Below, piece after piece: positions 9,175-18,900 of a stretch of 64,000 nt of DNA. The position numbers were made by a program, and so were the translations under genes. The stretch covers positions 1,327 to 65,326 of the forward strand of contig CAAFJI010000200.1 in NCBI GenBank assembly GCA_900763175.1, read 5' to 3'. Positions within the stretch are counted from its first letter, which is position 1; each line of letters begins with the position of its first letter. Under the pieces are notes generated by a model. It was not told where the DNA came from. It made no database searches and saw nothing but the letters and a program-made list of their open reading frames with translations. The stretch is from Lachnospiraceae bacterium (GTDB lineage: Bacteria > Bacillota > Clostridia > Lachnospirales > Lachnospiraceae).

Positions 9175-12100
9175 AGCCAGTGAAACTTACCATGCAGGCA
9201 TTTGGCTCCTATGGAAACAAAACACAGATAGATTTTGAGCAGACGAATCAGAATCTTTTTCTTGTAACAGGAGACACTGGTGCGGGGAAAACCACTATAT
9301 TTGATGCAATCGTTTTTGCATTGTATGGAGAAGCCAGTTCCTCGGCAAATAGGAAAGAAGGCGTGATTCTGCAAAGCCAGTTTGTAGAACTGAATATAGA
9401 ACCATTTGTGGAGCTTACTTTTTCAGAACAGCAAGGTGAAAACCGCCAGCTTTACACAGTTCGTCGTGTTCCAAGACATTTGAAGCTGCTTACCAGAGGA
9501 ACTGGGAAAAACAGCGGAACCCGTGAGGTGACAGGCTCTGTCAGCCTGATCATGCCAGATGGAACGGAATATCCCCAGAAAGAAGCTGACCGCAAATTAG
9601 GTGAAATTCTGGGTCTGACCAAGAATCAGTTTATGCAGGTTGCGATGATTGCCCAGGGAGAGTTTATGGAACTTCTCCGGGCAAAATCCGACGATAAGAA
9701 AGTAATCTTCCGTAAACTGTTTAATACGGAATTATATCAGAATATTGTAGAAGAGCTGATGAATCGAAAGCGGGCTCTGGAAAAGGAGATTGCGCAGATC
9801 AAGACAATCTGCCAGACGGAAGCTGCCCATGTTGTAATTCCAGAAGAATGTGAAAGCTGTCAGGAACTGGACAACTTGAAAAAACAGGTATGCAGCGGAG
9901 AAATTGTGCAGATGGAAAGATTTCTTCACATATTAAAAGAGTTATGTGAGGAGCTTGAACAGAAAGTAAAAAATTCTGAAGAAGAGCTGAAAAATTGTTC
10001 AAAGATAAGGGATGAAAAGCGAGACAACTATACCAGTGCGGAACAGCTTTTGAAATTGTATCAGCAGCTGGAATCTGCCCGGAAACAGCTTGAGGATTGT
10101 CAGAATACAGAGGCACAGATGAAAACTGCAGAAAAGCTTTCCTGGCAGTTGCGTGCAGCTTATGAGATAAAGAGTGAATATGCAAGATTTTTGGATGTTA
10201 AGAATAATTTTAGCATCGCAGAGGCGGCATTGAAGGAACAAATGGAGAAAAGGCCCCATCTGGAGAAAATAGCCCAAAAAGAACGGGAAAGGGCTAAAGA
10301 GCTTAGAAAAATGTCAGAGCAGGAAGTGGAGAGCTATAGTGCTGTTTATGAGAGAGTACGTAAGGAACTAAATCTGATAGGGCGGATAAAAGAGACAAAA
10401 GATCAGGCAGAAAAGGACCAGACCAGGCTTGCGAATGCCCAGGCTGCAGTGGAAAAAGCTGAAAATGGATGGAAGGAGTTGGAGAAAAAAGAGGAGTTAT
10501 GGAGGAATCAGGCAAAAGAACTTTCTGATATTCGGACAAAGCAGGCAATATGGCAGGGGAAAAAACAGAAAGCAGTCGGTTTGGCAGTTGATGTACAGGA
10601 AATGCACAGACATTACAGCGAACTGCAAAGTCAGCAGATGATGTCAGGCACAGCAAAAAAAGCATACGCAGCCAGTAGTCAGCTTTATGATAAGGAAAAT
10701 CAAAAGTATGAGACAATGCGGAGGTCATTTTTGGATGCGCAGGCAGGATTCCTGGCCAGGGAGCTCAGACCTGGGAAGCCCTGCCCGGTGTGTGGCTCTC
10801 TGGAGCATCCATCACCATGTGTGGTGTCGGAGCTTCATGAAAACCTGACCAGGGAAATACTGGAGGCAAAAGCAGAAGAAATTACCAGGTTGCGAGAGAA
10901 ACAGGAGAAGAAAGCTGCTGAGGCTAGATCAGCCTCAGATCTTCTGGAAGAGAAAATGAAAGTTTGCCGGGATTTCTTTGAAAAATTATGTATGAAAATA
11001 AAGGCCGCTAAAGAGGATATCCCAGATGACATTCCGTTGCTTGAGCTGGACTGCCTTCAAAAACAGGAATCAGAATTTACTGCTACTGTTTTGAGAAAAA
11101 TAGAAGAACTGTTAAACCTCTGGCAGAAACAGCTTCAGGAAGAGGGAAAAGAATTAGAGGAGTCTGAGAAGAAACTGACTGCACTTCAGGAAGCCCTTAG
11201 CCATATAGAAGAGTCTAGAAATCAGTCTAAAAAAGAAGCTGATGAGGCATCTCAGGTTCTTACACAGGCAATAGCTGAAGCGAAGAGCAGCAAGATATTG
11301 CTGGAGGATCTGGAGAAGTCCAGAGAATATCCTTCCGAAGCTGCGGCTCGCCAGGAATATGCCAGTGCCCGTGAGAAAAGACTTCAGGCAGAGAGGTTAT
11401 GGAAAGAAGCAGATGAAAAGGCAAACGAAGCGTCAAAAGCGTTTCATCAATGTGAAACTCTTATCTTACGTTATGAGAAAGAGCTTCCGGTGCAGAAAGC
11501 ACTTTGTCAGGAGAGGGAAAAAAGCTATCAGCTGCTCTTGAAAGAAAAAGAGTTGACAGAGACAGAATGGGAACAACTGACTCAAATGCATTCCAAGGAA
11601 AAAGCAGAGCAGCTGCAGCTGGAAATAACAGACTGGAAACAGAGGAGGGCTGCTGCGGATGCAGCAAAGAAGGCCGCAGAGAAGGCAATCGGAGGAAAAC
11701 CGTATCCGGATATGGAGACATTCCGGCAGCAGATGCTGGATGCTCAGGAGCAGCTGATACAGCTTCAAAAAAGAGCAAATTTATATCAGGAACAGCAAAA
11801 AGCCAATCAGTCTGCTTACAATGTTTTGGCCCCAAGGATGGAGGAGCGAGGTAAGGTTATTGAAAAACACAGTAAAATAGATAATCTTTACCGGCTTCTT
11901 TCCGGAAATGTGCCGGGAAGCCGTATGGATTTGGAAACCTTTGTGCAGAGATATTACCTGGAAAAGATTCTAAATGCTGCAAACAGGCGCTTTACCGATA
12001 TGTCTGCAGGACAGTTTGAGCTGAGAATGACAGATGAGTCTAATGCTGGAAAAGGAAAGAACCGTGGACTGGATCTGATGGTATATTCCAATGTGACAGG

Positions 12101-12416
12101 AAAAGAGAGAGAAATCCGCACTCTTTCAGGAGGCGAGTCTTTTATGGCTGCTTTATCTCTTGCGCTTGGAATGGCAGACCAGATCCAGGAGAATTCCGCT
12201 GCTGTGAATCTGGATGTTATGTTTGTTGATGAGGGCTTTGGTTCCCTGGACGAGCATTCCAGAGAGCAGGCGGTAAAAGTTCTCCAGGAATTGGCCGGAG
12301 GCAGCAAACTGATTGGAATTATTTCCCATGTGACAGAATTGAAACAGGAAATCGAAGATCAGCTTATCGTAAGCAAGGATGAAAAAGGAAGTCATGTGAC
12401 ATGGCAGATTAGTTGA
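9171..12416 (+). CDS. sbcC: Exonuclease SbcCD subunit C (SMC-like)
   Basis: GDTGAGKTT, long coiled coil, CPVCG zinc hook, LSGGE, FVDEGFGSLD. Confidence 0.95.
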   Translation: MKPVKLTMQAFGSYGNKTQIDFEQTNQNLFLVTGDTGAGKTTIFDAIVFALYGEASSSANRKEGVILQSQFVELNIEPFVELTFSEQQGENRQLYTVRRVPRHLKLLTRGTGKNSGTREVTGSVSLIMPDGTEYPQKEADRKLGEILGLTKNQFMQVAMIAQGEFMELLRAKSDDKKVIFRKLFNTELYQNIVEELMNRKRALEKEIAQIKTICQTEAAHVVIPEECESCQELDNLKKQVCSGEIVQMERFLHILKELCEELEQKVKNSEEELKNCSKIRDEKRDNYTSAEQLLKLYQQLESARKQLEDCQNTEAQMKTAEKLSWQLRAAYEIKSEYARFLDVKNNFSIAEAALKEQMEKRPHLEKIAQKERERAKELRKMSEQEVESYSAVYERVRKELNLIGRIKETKDQAEKDQTRLANAQAAVEKAENGWKELEKKEELWRNQAKELSDIRTKQAIWQGKKQKAVGLAVDVQEMHRHYSELQSQQMMSGTAKKAYAASSQLYDKENQKYETMRRSFLDAQAGFLARELRPGKPCPVCGSLEHPSPCVVSELHENLTREILEAKAEEITRLREKQEKKAAEARSASDLLEEKMKVCRDFFEKLCMKIKAAKEDIPDDIPLLELDCLQKQESEFTATVLRKIEELLNLWQKQLQEEGKELEESEKKLTALQEALSHIEESRNQSKKEADEASQVLTQAIAEAKSSKILLEDLEKSREYPSEAAARQEYASAREKRLQAERLWKEADEKANEASKAFHQCETLILRYEKELPVQKALCQEREKSYQLLLKEKELTETEWEQLTQMHSKEKAEQLQLEITDWKQRRAAADAAKKAAEKAIGGKPYPDMETFRQQMLDAQEQLIQLQKRANLYQEQQKANQSAYNVLAPRMEERGKVIEKHSKIDNLYRLLSGNVPGSRMDLETFVQRYYLEKILNAANRRFTDMSAGQFELRMTDESNAGKGKNRGLDLMVYSNVTGKEREIRTLSGGESFMAALSLALGMADQIQENSAAVNLDVMFVDEGFGSLDEHSREQAVKVLQELAGGSKLIGIISHVTELKQEIEDQLIVSKDEKGSHVTWQIS

Positions 12417-12424
12417 TTGAGCTA

Positions 12425-12584
12425 GAGCGTGTTTGAAAAATCATTCCTGCAATCTGCACGCCCCATTTTGCGGGACTTTTGTCCCGAATTCGGTTGTCGT
12501 AGCCCGCTACGACGCCCTCATCCGGGACAAATTTCCCACAAACTATGACGCACATCTTGCAGAAAGCATTTTCCAAACACGCTC
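12425..12584 (+). mobile_element. 160-bp palindromic MITE-like element, copy A
   Basis: Terminal inverted repeats GAGCGTGTTTGAAAA / TTTTCCAAACACGCTC, flanked by TA on both sides; no credible ORF; several copies in the window. Confidence 0.85.
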
Positions 12585-12586
12585 TA

Positions 12587-12746
12587 GAGCGTGTCCTCAA
12601 AATCATTCCCGCAATCTGCACGCCCCACTTTGCGGTATACTTTGCCCGAATTCGGTTGCCGTAGCCCGCTACGGCGCCTTCATCCGGGACAAATTTCCCA
12701 CAAACTGTGATGCATATCTTGCAGAAAGCATTTGGAGGGCACACTC
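12587..12746 (+). mobile_element. 160-bp palindromic MITE-like element, copy B (tandem with A, sharing TA)
   Basis: Colinear with copy A; variant ends GAGCGTGTCCTC / GAGGGCACACTC; TA flanks. Confidence 0.85.
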
Positions 12747-12760
12747 TAAAAAGGGACCTG

Positions 12761-13441
12761 TTATTTTACAGATTCCGAAGGATAAAGCGTATTCACAAAT
12801 TTATAAAAATCATCCAACCTACTATAATCTGCAATATAACAGTCAGAAAGCCGCCGCATTTCTTCTGGATGCTCTTCATGTTCATCGTAGATTGCAGTAA
12901 CGTAGAAGCCATCTTTTTTTGCAGTGGTCAATGCATGAAGGGAATCCTCAAACACTATAGTGTTGCTTCGGTCTGTGCCCAGGAATTTCAGTGCTTCCCG
13001 ATAAATTGCCGGTTCATCTTTACCGGTACCTACAGAGGAACAGGTGAAGATTTCACTGAAGTAATCGAGAATCCCACAGCGTTCCAGGGCAGCTTCTACC
13101 AGTGAACGTTCAGTTGCAGTTGCAATGCACATTTTAACTCCAGCCTGATGAAGCTGAGTCAGAAACTGGTCTGCGTGAGGCTTTAACTGGGCTTCATAGC
13201 GATAGAAATCATCTACGATTTCTACAGCACCTTTTATCAGCTCATCACGGGTCTGCTTCACTCCATAGTGTTCAATAAAATAATCAGCAGCCTGATGAAG
13301 ACTCATGGTAGCAATGGTTTCATTAAGATCTGGTTCTGGCTCATATCCGTGAAGCCGCAGATAATTTTCTCCAACATGATCCCATGCAGACATGGAATCA
13401 AGCAGAGAACCATCCAGATCCCAGATAGCGCCCGTTAACAT
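12761..13441 (-). CDS. HAD-family phosphatase
   Basis: Motif I WDLDGSLLDS, GKDEPAIY, VFEDS; overlaps the thiE stop. Confidence 0.9.
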   Translation of the reverse strand: MLTGAIWDLDGSLLDSMSAWDHVGENYLRLHGYEPEPDLNETIATMSLHQAADYFIEHYGVKQTRDELIKGAVEIVDDFYRYEAQLKPHADQFLTQLHQAGVKMCIATATERSLVEAALERCGILDYFSEIFTCSSVGTGKDEPAIYREALKFLGTDRSNTIVFEDSLHALTTAKKDGFYVTAIYDEHEEHPEEMRRLSDCYIADYSRLDDFYKFVNTLYPSESVK

Positions 13442-14079
13442 ACCTGTACCATTTCAGAGGTAAGCTGTTTCAGCTCTCTGGTCGCTTTTTCAATATTTTC
13501 TGCTGCGAAAATAGCACTTACTACAGCAATTCCGCAAATACCGCTTCCCGCCAGCTTTATTACATTGTCCTGTGAAATACCGCCTATGGCAATAACCGGA
13601 ATTTTTACAGCTTTACATATTTCTTTTAGGGTTTCGTGACTGAGAGTATTGGCATCCTTTTTCGTACCGGTGTGGAAAACGGCACCTACACCCAGATAAT
13701 CGGCCCCATTTTTCTCAGCAAGAAGGGCCTGTTCTACGGTCTGGGCAGAAACACCGATAATTTTATCTGGTCCGAGAATTGCTCTTGCATTTGCGGCCTC
13801 CATGTCGTGCTGCCCTACGTGAACACCATCAGCATCAATTTCTTTTGCAATTTCAACATTATCGTTAATCACAAATGGAACCTGGTAATGTGCACACAGC
13901 TCTTTTATCTTCAGAGCTTCTTCACGGAAAGTATCAGTATCCAGGTTTTTCTCCCTTAACTGGATGAAGGTTGCGCCACCCCTTAGGGCTTCCTCCACCT
14001 GTTCGTATAAAGTCTGTCCATTTAACCAGCTGCGATCAGTAACTGCATAAAGCAAAAGCTCTTTTGAGGTGCAATTCAT
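13435..14079 (-). CDS. thiE: Thiamine-phosphate synthase
   Basis: LYAVTDR, IQLREK, VINDNV, DGVHVGQHD, GVSAQT, AIGGI. Confidence 0.95.
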   Translation of the reverse strand: MNCTSKELLLYAVTDRSWLNGQTLYEQVEEALRGGATFIQLREKNLDTDTFREEALKIKELCAHYQVPFVINDNVEIAKEIDADGVHVGQHDMEAANARAILGPDKIIGVSAQTVEQALLAEKNGADYLGVGAVFHTGTKKDANTLSHETLKEICKAVKIPVIAIGGISQDNVIKLAGSGICGIAVVSAIFAAENIEKATRELKQLTSEMVQVC

Positions 14080-14294
14080 GATAAAAACCTGCCTTTCTTT
14101 TGTAAACTGAATGTTGAGAATTATAACATTTTATTATAAAGAGAGAAAAAGAAAAAGTAAAGATAAAACCTGAAAAACAAGAGTGATATATGGACATTCA
14201 CATTGAAAAGATTCCGGTACTGTGCTAGAATAAGTATATCATATTTCAAGGTGAATCTTGGGGTTCATCTTATTTTTTTACCATGAATCCCGTA

Positions 14295-14454
14295 GAGCGA
14301 GTTTGGAAAATGTTTTCTACAAGGTGTGCGTCACAATTTGTGGGAGATTTTGCCCGGATGCGGGCGCCGTAGCAGGCTACGGCAACTGAATTCGGGCAAA
14401 ATATACCGCAAAATGGTGCGTGCAGATTGTAGGAATGATTTTTCAAACAGGCTT
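14295..14454 (-). mobile_element. 160-bp palindromic MITE-like element, diverged copy in reverse orientation
   Basis: Reverse complement aligns end to end with 12425-12584. Confidence 0.82.
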
Positions 14455-14492
14455 CTGATTTGTAAAATATTATAGAAAAGGCAGGATCAACT

Positions 14493-15158
14493 ATGGACCA
14501 ATTTGAAAGGCAAAAGCAAATGCGTCAGGCACTTAATGGAAAGATGGGTCTGATGTTCGGAGGAATCTTTCTGATGTTTTCAGCAATCACCTCTACTTTG
14601 ATGTATGGAATCAATTTTTTTATGACTGCATTGGAAGCAGACAAGGGAACCGCAGAGTATGTGCAGCTTCTGGAAGAAGCAGGAGTAGCAAGTATTCTTC
14701 TGAAGGTTGTAGGAATTTGTTTTATTCTTGTAGGAATCTGGGAGGTTGTTGTTGGATTTTTTTCTGTAAAGAACAGCAACCGTGTGGATAAAAGCAGCTT
14801 CACCTTAAAGCTTGTGATTTCTCTTCTTGGTGTAGAGGCTGCAATGCAGGTTGTTCTGTTTTTTGTCGGATTGATGAACCTGGGACTTCTTTTCACTGCA
14901 ATTATCCTTCCTCTGTTTTTGCTTTGGGGAGCCACAAGGCTTCGCAAGATTGCCAAAGCAGAACCAGATCGAGTATATGCAGTAGATAATACAAAGAACA
15001 AGCAGAATCGGCCGGCAAGAAATCAGCAGCCTGCGCCAAAGAAAAGCATCCGGGAACGTGCGGCAATGCAGGCAAGGCTGGACGAGGAAGCTGAGAAAAG
15101 CACTGAAAGCAAGCAGGAGGATCCTGCGGAGAATCCACAGCCTTCAGACGAGAAATAA
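14493..15158 (+). CDS. Hypothetical membrane protein (about 4 TM segments, charged C-terminal tail)
   Basis: ORF with RBS and hydrophobic segments; family not recognised. Confidence 0.75.
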   Translation: MDQFERQKQMRQALNGKMGLMFGGIFLMFSAITSTLMYGINFFMTALEADKGTAEYVQLLEEAGVASILLKVVGICFILVGIWEVVVGFFSVKNSNRVDKSSFTLKLVISLLGVEAAMQVVLFFVGLMNLGLLFTAIILPLFLLWGATRLRKIAKAEPDRVYAVDNTKNKQNRPARNQQPAPKKSIRERAAMQARLDEEAEKSTESKQEDPAENPQPSDEK

Positions 15159-15183
15159 GTAGAGAACGGCAGGAGGACTACCT

Positions 15184-15726
15184 ATGGCGGCAGATATGAA
15201 GGAAGTAATAGCGAACGCAGCCCGAAACCTGATATTGGAAAAGAAGGTAAAGAAGCTTACCGTAAAAGATATTGTAGAAGAATGCCAGATTACCAGACAG
15301 GCCTTTTATTACCATTTCGAGGGCATCCCGGATCTGATCCAGTGGAGCATGAAAAAAGGAATGAAGCAGCTTGTGGAAGAGTGCAGGGCACAGGAGGATC
15401 TGGAGGCAGCATTAAAATATCTGTTTGTGTTTGCCATAAATGCCATGCCTGAAGTAAAGAAAGGAATGGAAAGCAATTACGGAGGGGAAATCGAGCAGAT
15501 TTTGGCACAGACTGCCTATGAACTGTTTGAAAAAGCTGCAGATGAGGAAAATATGTACCAGAACTGCAGCCGGAAGGAACTGAAGCTGATCCTTCATTAC
15601 CATAGCTATGCAATCATGGGAATCCTCCAGAATTGGACCAAAGAAGATACGAAAAACGTAGATGCCATCGTACATGAGATCTATATGATCATGATGGGGA
15701 AAATTACTCCGGCTGGCGGAAAATGA
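15184..15726 (+). CDS. TetR/AcrR-family transcriptional regulator
   Basis: LTVKDIVEECQITRQAFYYHF HTH; RBS AGGAGG. Confidence 0.9.
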   Translation: MAADMKEVIANAARNLILEKKVKKLTVKDIVEECQITRQAFYYHFEGIPDLIQWSMKKGMKQLVEECRAQEDLEAALKYLFVFAINAMPEVKKGMESNYGGEIEQILAQTAYELFEKAADEENMYQNCSRKELKLILHYHSYAIMGILQNWTKEDTKNVDAIVHEIYMIMMGKITPAGGK

Positions 15727-15767
15727 CAGCAGTCACAGATGTTGGAAGCTGTCGTCATATAAAAAGT

Positions 15768-15804
15768 AACGGGCAAAGTGTTATTTTTACACTTTGCCCG
15801 TTTT
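15768..15804 (+). terminator. Rho-independent terminator after tetR
   Basis: AACGGGCAAAGTGT / ACACTTTGCCCGTT stem followed by Ts. Confidence 0.75.
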
Positions 15805-15912
15805 GTCTATACAAGATGATTTTTTTGTCTATACACGGAAAAAGTTCTGACTATCGACAAAAAATAATAGAAATCGTACAATAAAGCCATGAAAGAGAGG
15901 AGGGCATTTTGA

Positions 15913-16350
15913 ATGGCACATGAAATTCTATCAGTGAAAATGTATGAACTGGATAAAAAAATGCAACAGGTGCACAGTCGGATACAGCTGGCAGAAGCTA
16001 TGGATGTGGAAAAGCTTCGTCAACAGATTGGACAAATACGGCAGGAATGCGAAGAAAGTCAGATTATTCTCCACAATCAGCTTCTGCATTCCAGAACAGA
16101 ATGCGTGATGAAACTGGCAAAAGTTTACGATGAGATTGAAAATGCAGTAGGACGTGTGCTTGAGGCGGAAAACATGGACATTGAGAAAGGAAAAATGCTG
16201 TCCGGTACAGAAGAAAAAATCCTCACAGCAGAATATGCACTTGATTTCGCAATGCAGGCAGCAAACAGAGCTCTTCTGATATCGCTGGAAGCCATAGAAG
16301 CCCAGCACCAGGAGGATAGCGAAAACGGCAAAGATAAATTATCACAATAG
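15913..16350 (+). CDS. Hypothetical helical protein, first gene of the ftsH operon
   Basis: ORF with RBS GAGGAGG, closely followed by ftsH. Confidence 0.75.
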   Translation: MAHEILSVKMYELDKKMQQVHSRIQLAEAMDVEKLRQQIGQIRQECEESQIILHNQLLHSRTECVMKLAKVYDEIENAVGRVLEAENMDIEKGKMLSGTEEKILTAEYALDFAMQAANRALLISLEAIEAQHQEDSENGKDKLSQ

Positions 16351-16366
16351 GAGAAAGGAATCCATT

Positions 16367-18199
16367 ATGAAAGAAGTAAAAACACCAAAGAAACCTCTGC
16401 TTTACTATTATGGAATCGTGGTTCTGGTGCTGGTCGTATTTAATCTTGTGGTGTCACCAATACTGATGGAGCATCAGGTGGAAGAAACAGATTACAGCAC
16501 ATTCATGAGCATGATCAACAAGAAAAATATAGGTGAAGTGCAGGTTGAAGACAATCAGATCATATTCACGGACAAAGACAACAGTAAGATTTACAAAACC
16601 GGTCTTATGAATGATCCAAACCTCACAGATCGTCTGTATGAATGCGGAGCAACGTTTACAAAAGACATTGATAAACAAACTTCTCCGCTTCTTAGCTTTT
16701 TTGTAACCGGAATCCTTCCGCTCCTGATTTTTATTGCTCTTGGAAATTATATGGGCAAGAGATTGATGGAGCAGGCAGGCGGCAAGAATTCCATGGCATT
16801 TGGAATGGGAAAAAGCAATGCAAAGGTCTATGTTCAATCCAGCGAAGGGATCCGTTTTACGGATGTAGCCGGTGAGGACGAGGCAAAGGAAAACCTGGCA
16901 GAAATTGTAGATTACCTTCACAATCCTAAGAAGTATACCGATGTCGGTGCTTCCATGCCAAAAGGTGTTCTCCTTGTAGGCCCTCCAGGTACTGGTAAAA
17001 CAATGCTTGCAAAAGCAGTTGCAGGAGAGGCAAATGTACCATTCTTCTCCATGTCTGGTTCCGAGTTCGTAGAAATGTTTGTTGGTATGGGCGCTTCCAA
17101 GGTTCGTGATCTTTTTAAGCAGGCGAAAGAAAAAGCTCCCTGTATCGTATTTATTGATGAGATTGATGCCATTGGCAAAAAACGAGATGGCCAGGTGGGC
17201 GGAAATGATGAGCGAGAGCAGACCTTGAACCAGCTTCTTACAGAGATGGATGGTTTCGAGGGAAACAACGGTGTAATCATTTTGGCAGCCACCAACCGTC
17301 CGGAATCTCTTGACCCGGCTCTGACCCGTCCGGGACGTTTTGACCGCCGTGTACCGGTTGAGCTTCCGGATCTTGCAGGCCGCGAGGCAATCCTGAAGGT
17401 TCACGCAAGAAAAATCAAAGCTTCTGATGATGTAAATTTTCACACAATAGCGCGTATGGCATCTGGCGCTTCCGGAGCTGAGCTTGCAAATATAATCAAT
17501 GAGGCAGCTCTTCGAGCAGTACGTAGCGGTCGTACCGTAGTCACAGAGGCGGATTTGGAAGAAAGTATTGAAGTTGTTATTGCTGGTTATCAGAAAAAGA
17601 ATGCAGTTCTTTCCGATCAGGAGAAAAAAGTGGTTTCCTATCATGAAATCGGTCACGCCCTTGTGGCAGCCCTTCAGAGCCATTCTGCGCCTGTACAGAA
17701 GATCACCATTATCCCGCGTACCTCCGGTGCCCTTGGCTACACCATGCAGGTAGAGCAGGGAGATAAATATCTGATGACAAAGAAAGAGCTGGAAAACAAG
17801 ATTGCCACATTTACAGGCGGCCGTGCCGCTGAGGAAATTGTTTTCGGCGAGATTACAACAGGTGCTTCCAATGATATTGAGCAGGCTACCAAGATTGCCC
17901 GTTCTATGATCACCCGCTATGGCATGACAGATGAATTTGATATGGTTGCCATGGAAACCGTTACAAACCAGTATCTGGGCGGAGATGCCTCTCTTTCCTG
18001 CTCTGCTGATACCCAGAAGGAAATCGATGAGAAGGTTGTAGAGCTTGTAAAACGAGAGCATGAGAAAGCGAAAAAGATTCTGATGGACAACCGTAAGAAA
18101 CTGGATGAGCTTGCAATGTTCCTCTATGAGAAGGAAACTATAACGGGAGAGGAATTTATGGAAATCCTGAATAAAAAAGAGGAGGATGAGGGAAAATGA
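16367..18199 (+). CDS. ftsH: ATP-dependent zinc metalloprotease FtsH
   Basis: Two TM segments, [40 protein letters not shown] zinc motif. Confidence 0.96.
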   Translation: MKEVKTPKKPLLYYYGIVVLVLVVFNLVVSPILMEHQVEETDYSTFMSMINKKNIGEVQVEDNQIIFTDKDNSKIYKTGLMNDPNLTDRLYECGATFTKDIDKQTSPLLSFFVTGILPLLIFIALGNYMGKRLMEQAGGKNSMAFGMGKSNAKVYVQSSEGIRFTDVAGEDEAKENLAEIVDYLHNPKKYTDVGASMPKGVLLVGPPGTGKTMLAKAVAGEANVPFFSMSGSEFVEMFVGMGASKVRDLFKQAKEKAPCIVFIDEIDAIGKKRDGQVGGNDEREQTLNQLLTEMDGFEGNNGVIILAATNRPESLDPALTRPGRFDRRVPVELPDLAGREAILKVHARKIKASDDVNFHTIARMASGASGAELANIINEAALRAVRSGRTVVTEADLEESIEVVIAGYQKKNAVLSDQEKKVVSYHEIGHALVAALQSHSAPVQKITIIPRTSGALGYTMQVEQGDKYLMTKKELENKIATFTGGRAAEEIVFGEITTGASNDIEQATKIARSMITRYGMTDEFDMVAMETVTNQYLGGDASLSCSADTQKEIDEKVVELVKREHEKAKKILMDNRKKLDELAMFLYEKETITGEEFMEILNKKEEDEGK

Positions 18200-18738
18200 G
18201 AAGACGTTCACGTTATGGATGGCTGGAATTTGTTGAAGGCATCCTGCTGATATTGCTAGGGCTTATAACCATGTTTCGCCCTGGCAGCGTTTTACGAAGT
18301 GTTACGATCATATATGGAATTATGGCAGTGATTACCGGAGTTTCAGATGTTATATTTTATGCAAAAACAGAGCGCTATACAGGATTTGGCCCAACGATTT
18401 CCCTCGTTACCGGAATTATAAGTATCCTTACCGGATTGATGCTTCTCATGTATCCAAATGCAGGAGAGCTGATTCTGGTAATGCTGATTCCAATCTGGTT
18501 CATAGCTCACTCCATTTCCAGACTGACCCATTTGCCACTGGTTCGCCTGGCTGGAAGCTTCTTCTATTACTTTACAATGATATTGAACATTCTGGGAATC
18601 ATGCTTGGATTCCTGATGATATTATGGCCGAACATTGCATTGTTCTCTGTAGGCTTTCTGGTAGGAATCTATTTAATCCTCCTGGGAATCGACAGTATCG
18701 TAATTGCCTGCAGTGATATGGATGCCGGATGGAGATGA
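18196..18738 (+). CDS. DUF308/HdeD-like membrane protein
   Basis: Repeated hydrophobic GILLILLG...P segments; ATGA overlap with ftsH. Confidence 0.75.
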   Translation: MRRRSRYGWLEFVEGILLILLGLITMFRPGSVLRSVTIIYGIMAVITGVSDVIFYAKTERYTGFGPTISLVTGIISILTGLMLLMYPNAGELILVMLIPIWFIAHSISRLTHLPLVRLAGSFFYYFTMILNILGIMLGFLMILWPNIALFSVGFLVGIYLILLGIDSIVIACSDMDAGWR

Positions 18739-18741
18739 TTC

Positions 18742-18759
18742 TAGAGCGTGTTTGAAAAA
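18742..18759 (+). repeat. Isolated terminal repeat of the 160-bp element
   Basis: TAGAGCGTGTTTGAAAAA is identical to the left end of copy A. Confidence 0.65.
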
Positions 18760-18900
18760 CAGGGCAGCACTTTTGGAAAAAGGTCGCTGCCCTGCTTTTA
18801 TGTCGCTGAAACGCCCGCTGCAGGTGTGGAATCCTGCAAGCGGGTTTTTCTCAATATTATCATTTTTTGCCGAAGCAGGAATCGCAGGTTTACGTATATT

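Noticed and set aside
8023..12416. SMC-like ATPase plus nuclease as a defence system
   Set aside because: It has canonical SbcCD features (zinc hook, Mre11 motifs) and no accessory defence genes.
12423..12748. Possible CRISPR array
   Set aside because: The units are 160-bp tandem elements without unique spacers, and no cas genes are present.
12409..12900. Mutually similar ORFs (MKNHSCNLHAPFCG..., also at 33770-34195)
   Set aside because: They are translations of the 160-bp palindromic repeat, not a protein family; no RBS or transposase motifs.
14080..14290. TPP riboswitch expected upstream of thiE
   Set aside because: I could not find the CTGAGA...ACCTGA core on the minus strand; the region is AT-rich.
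16454..18211. 585-aa antisense ORF
   Set aside because: It is the mirror of ftsH with no recognisable motifs, a typical shadow ORF caused by codon bias.
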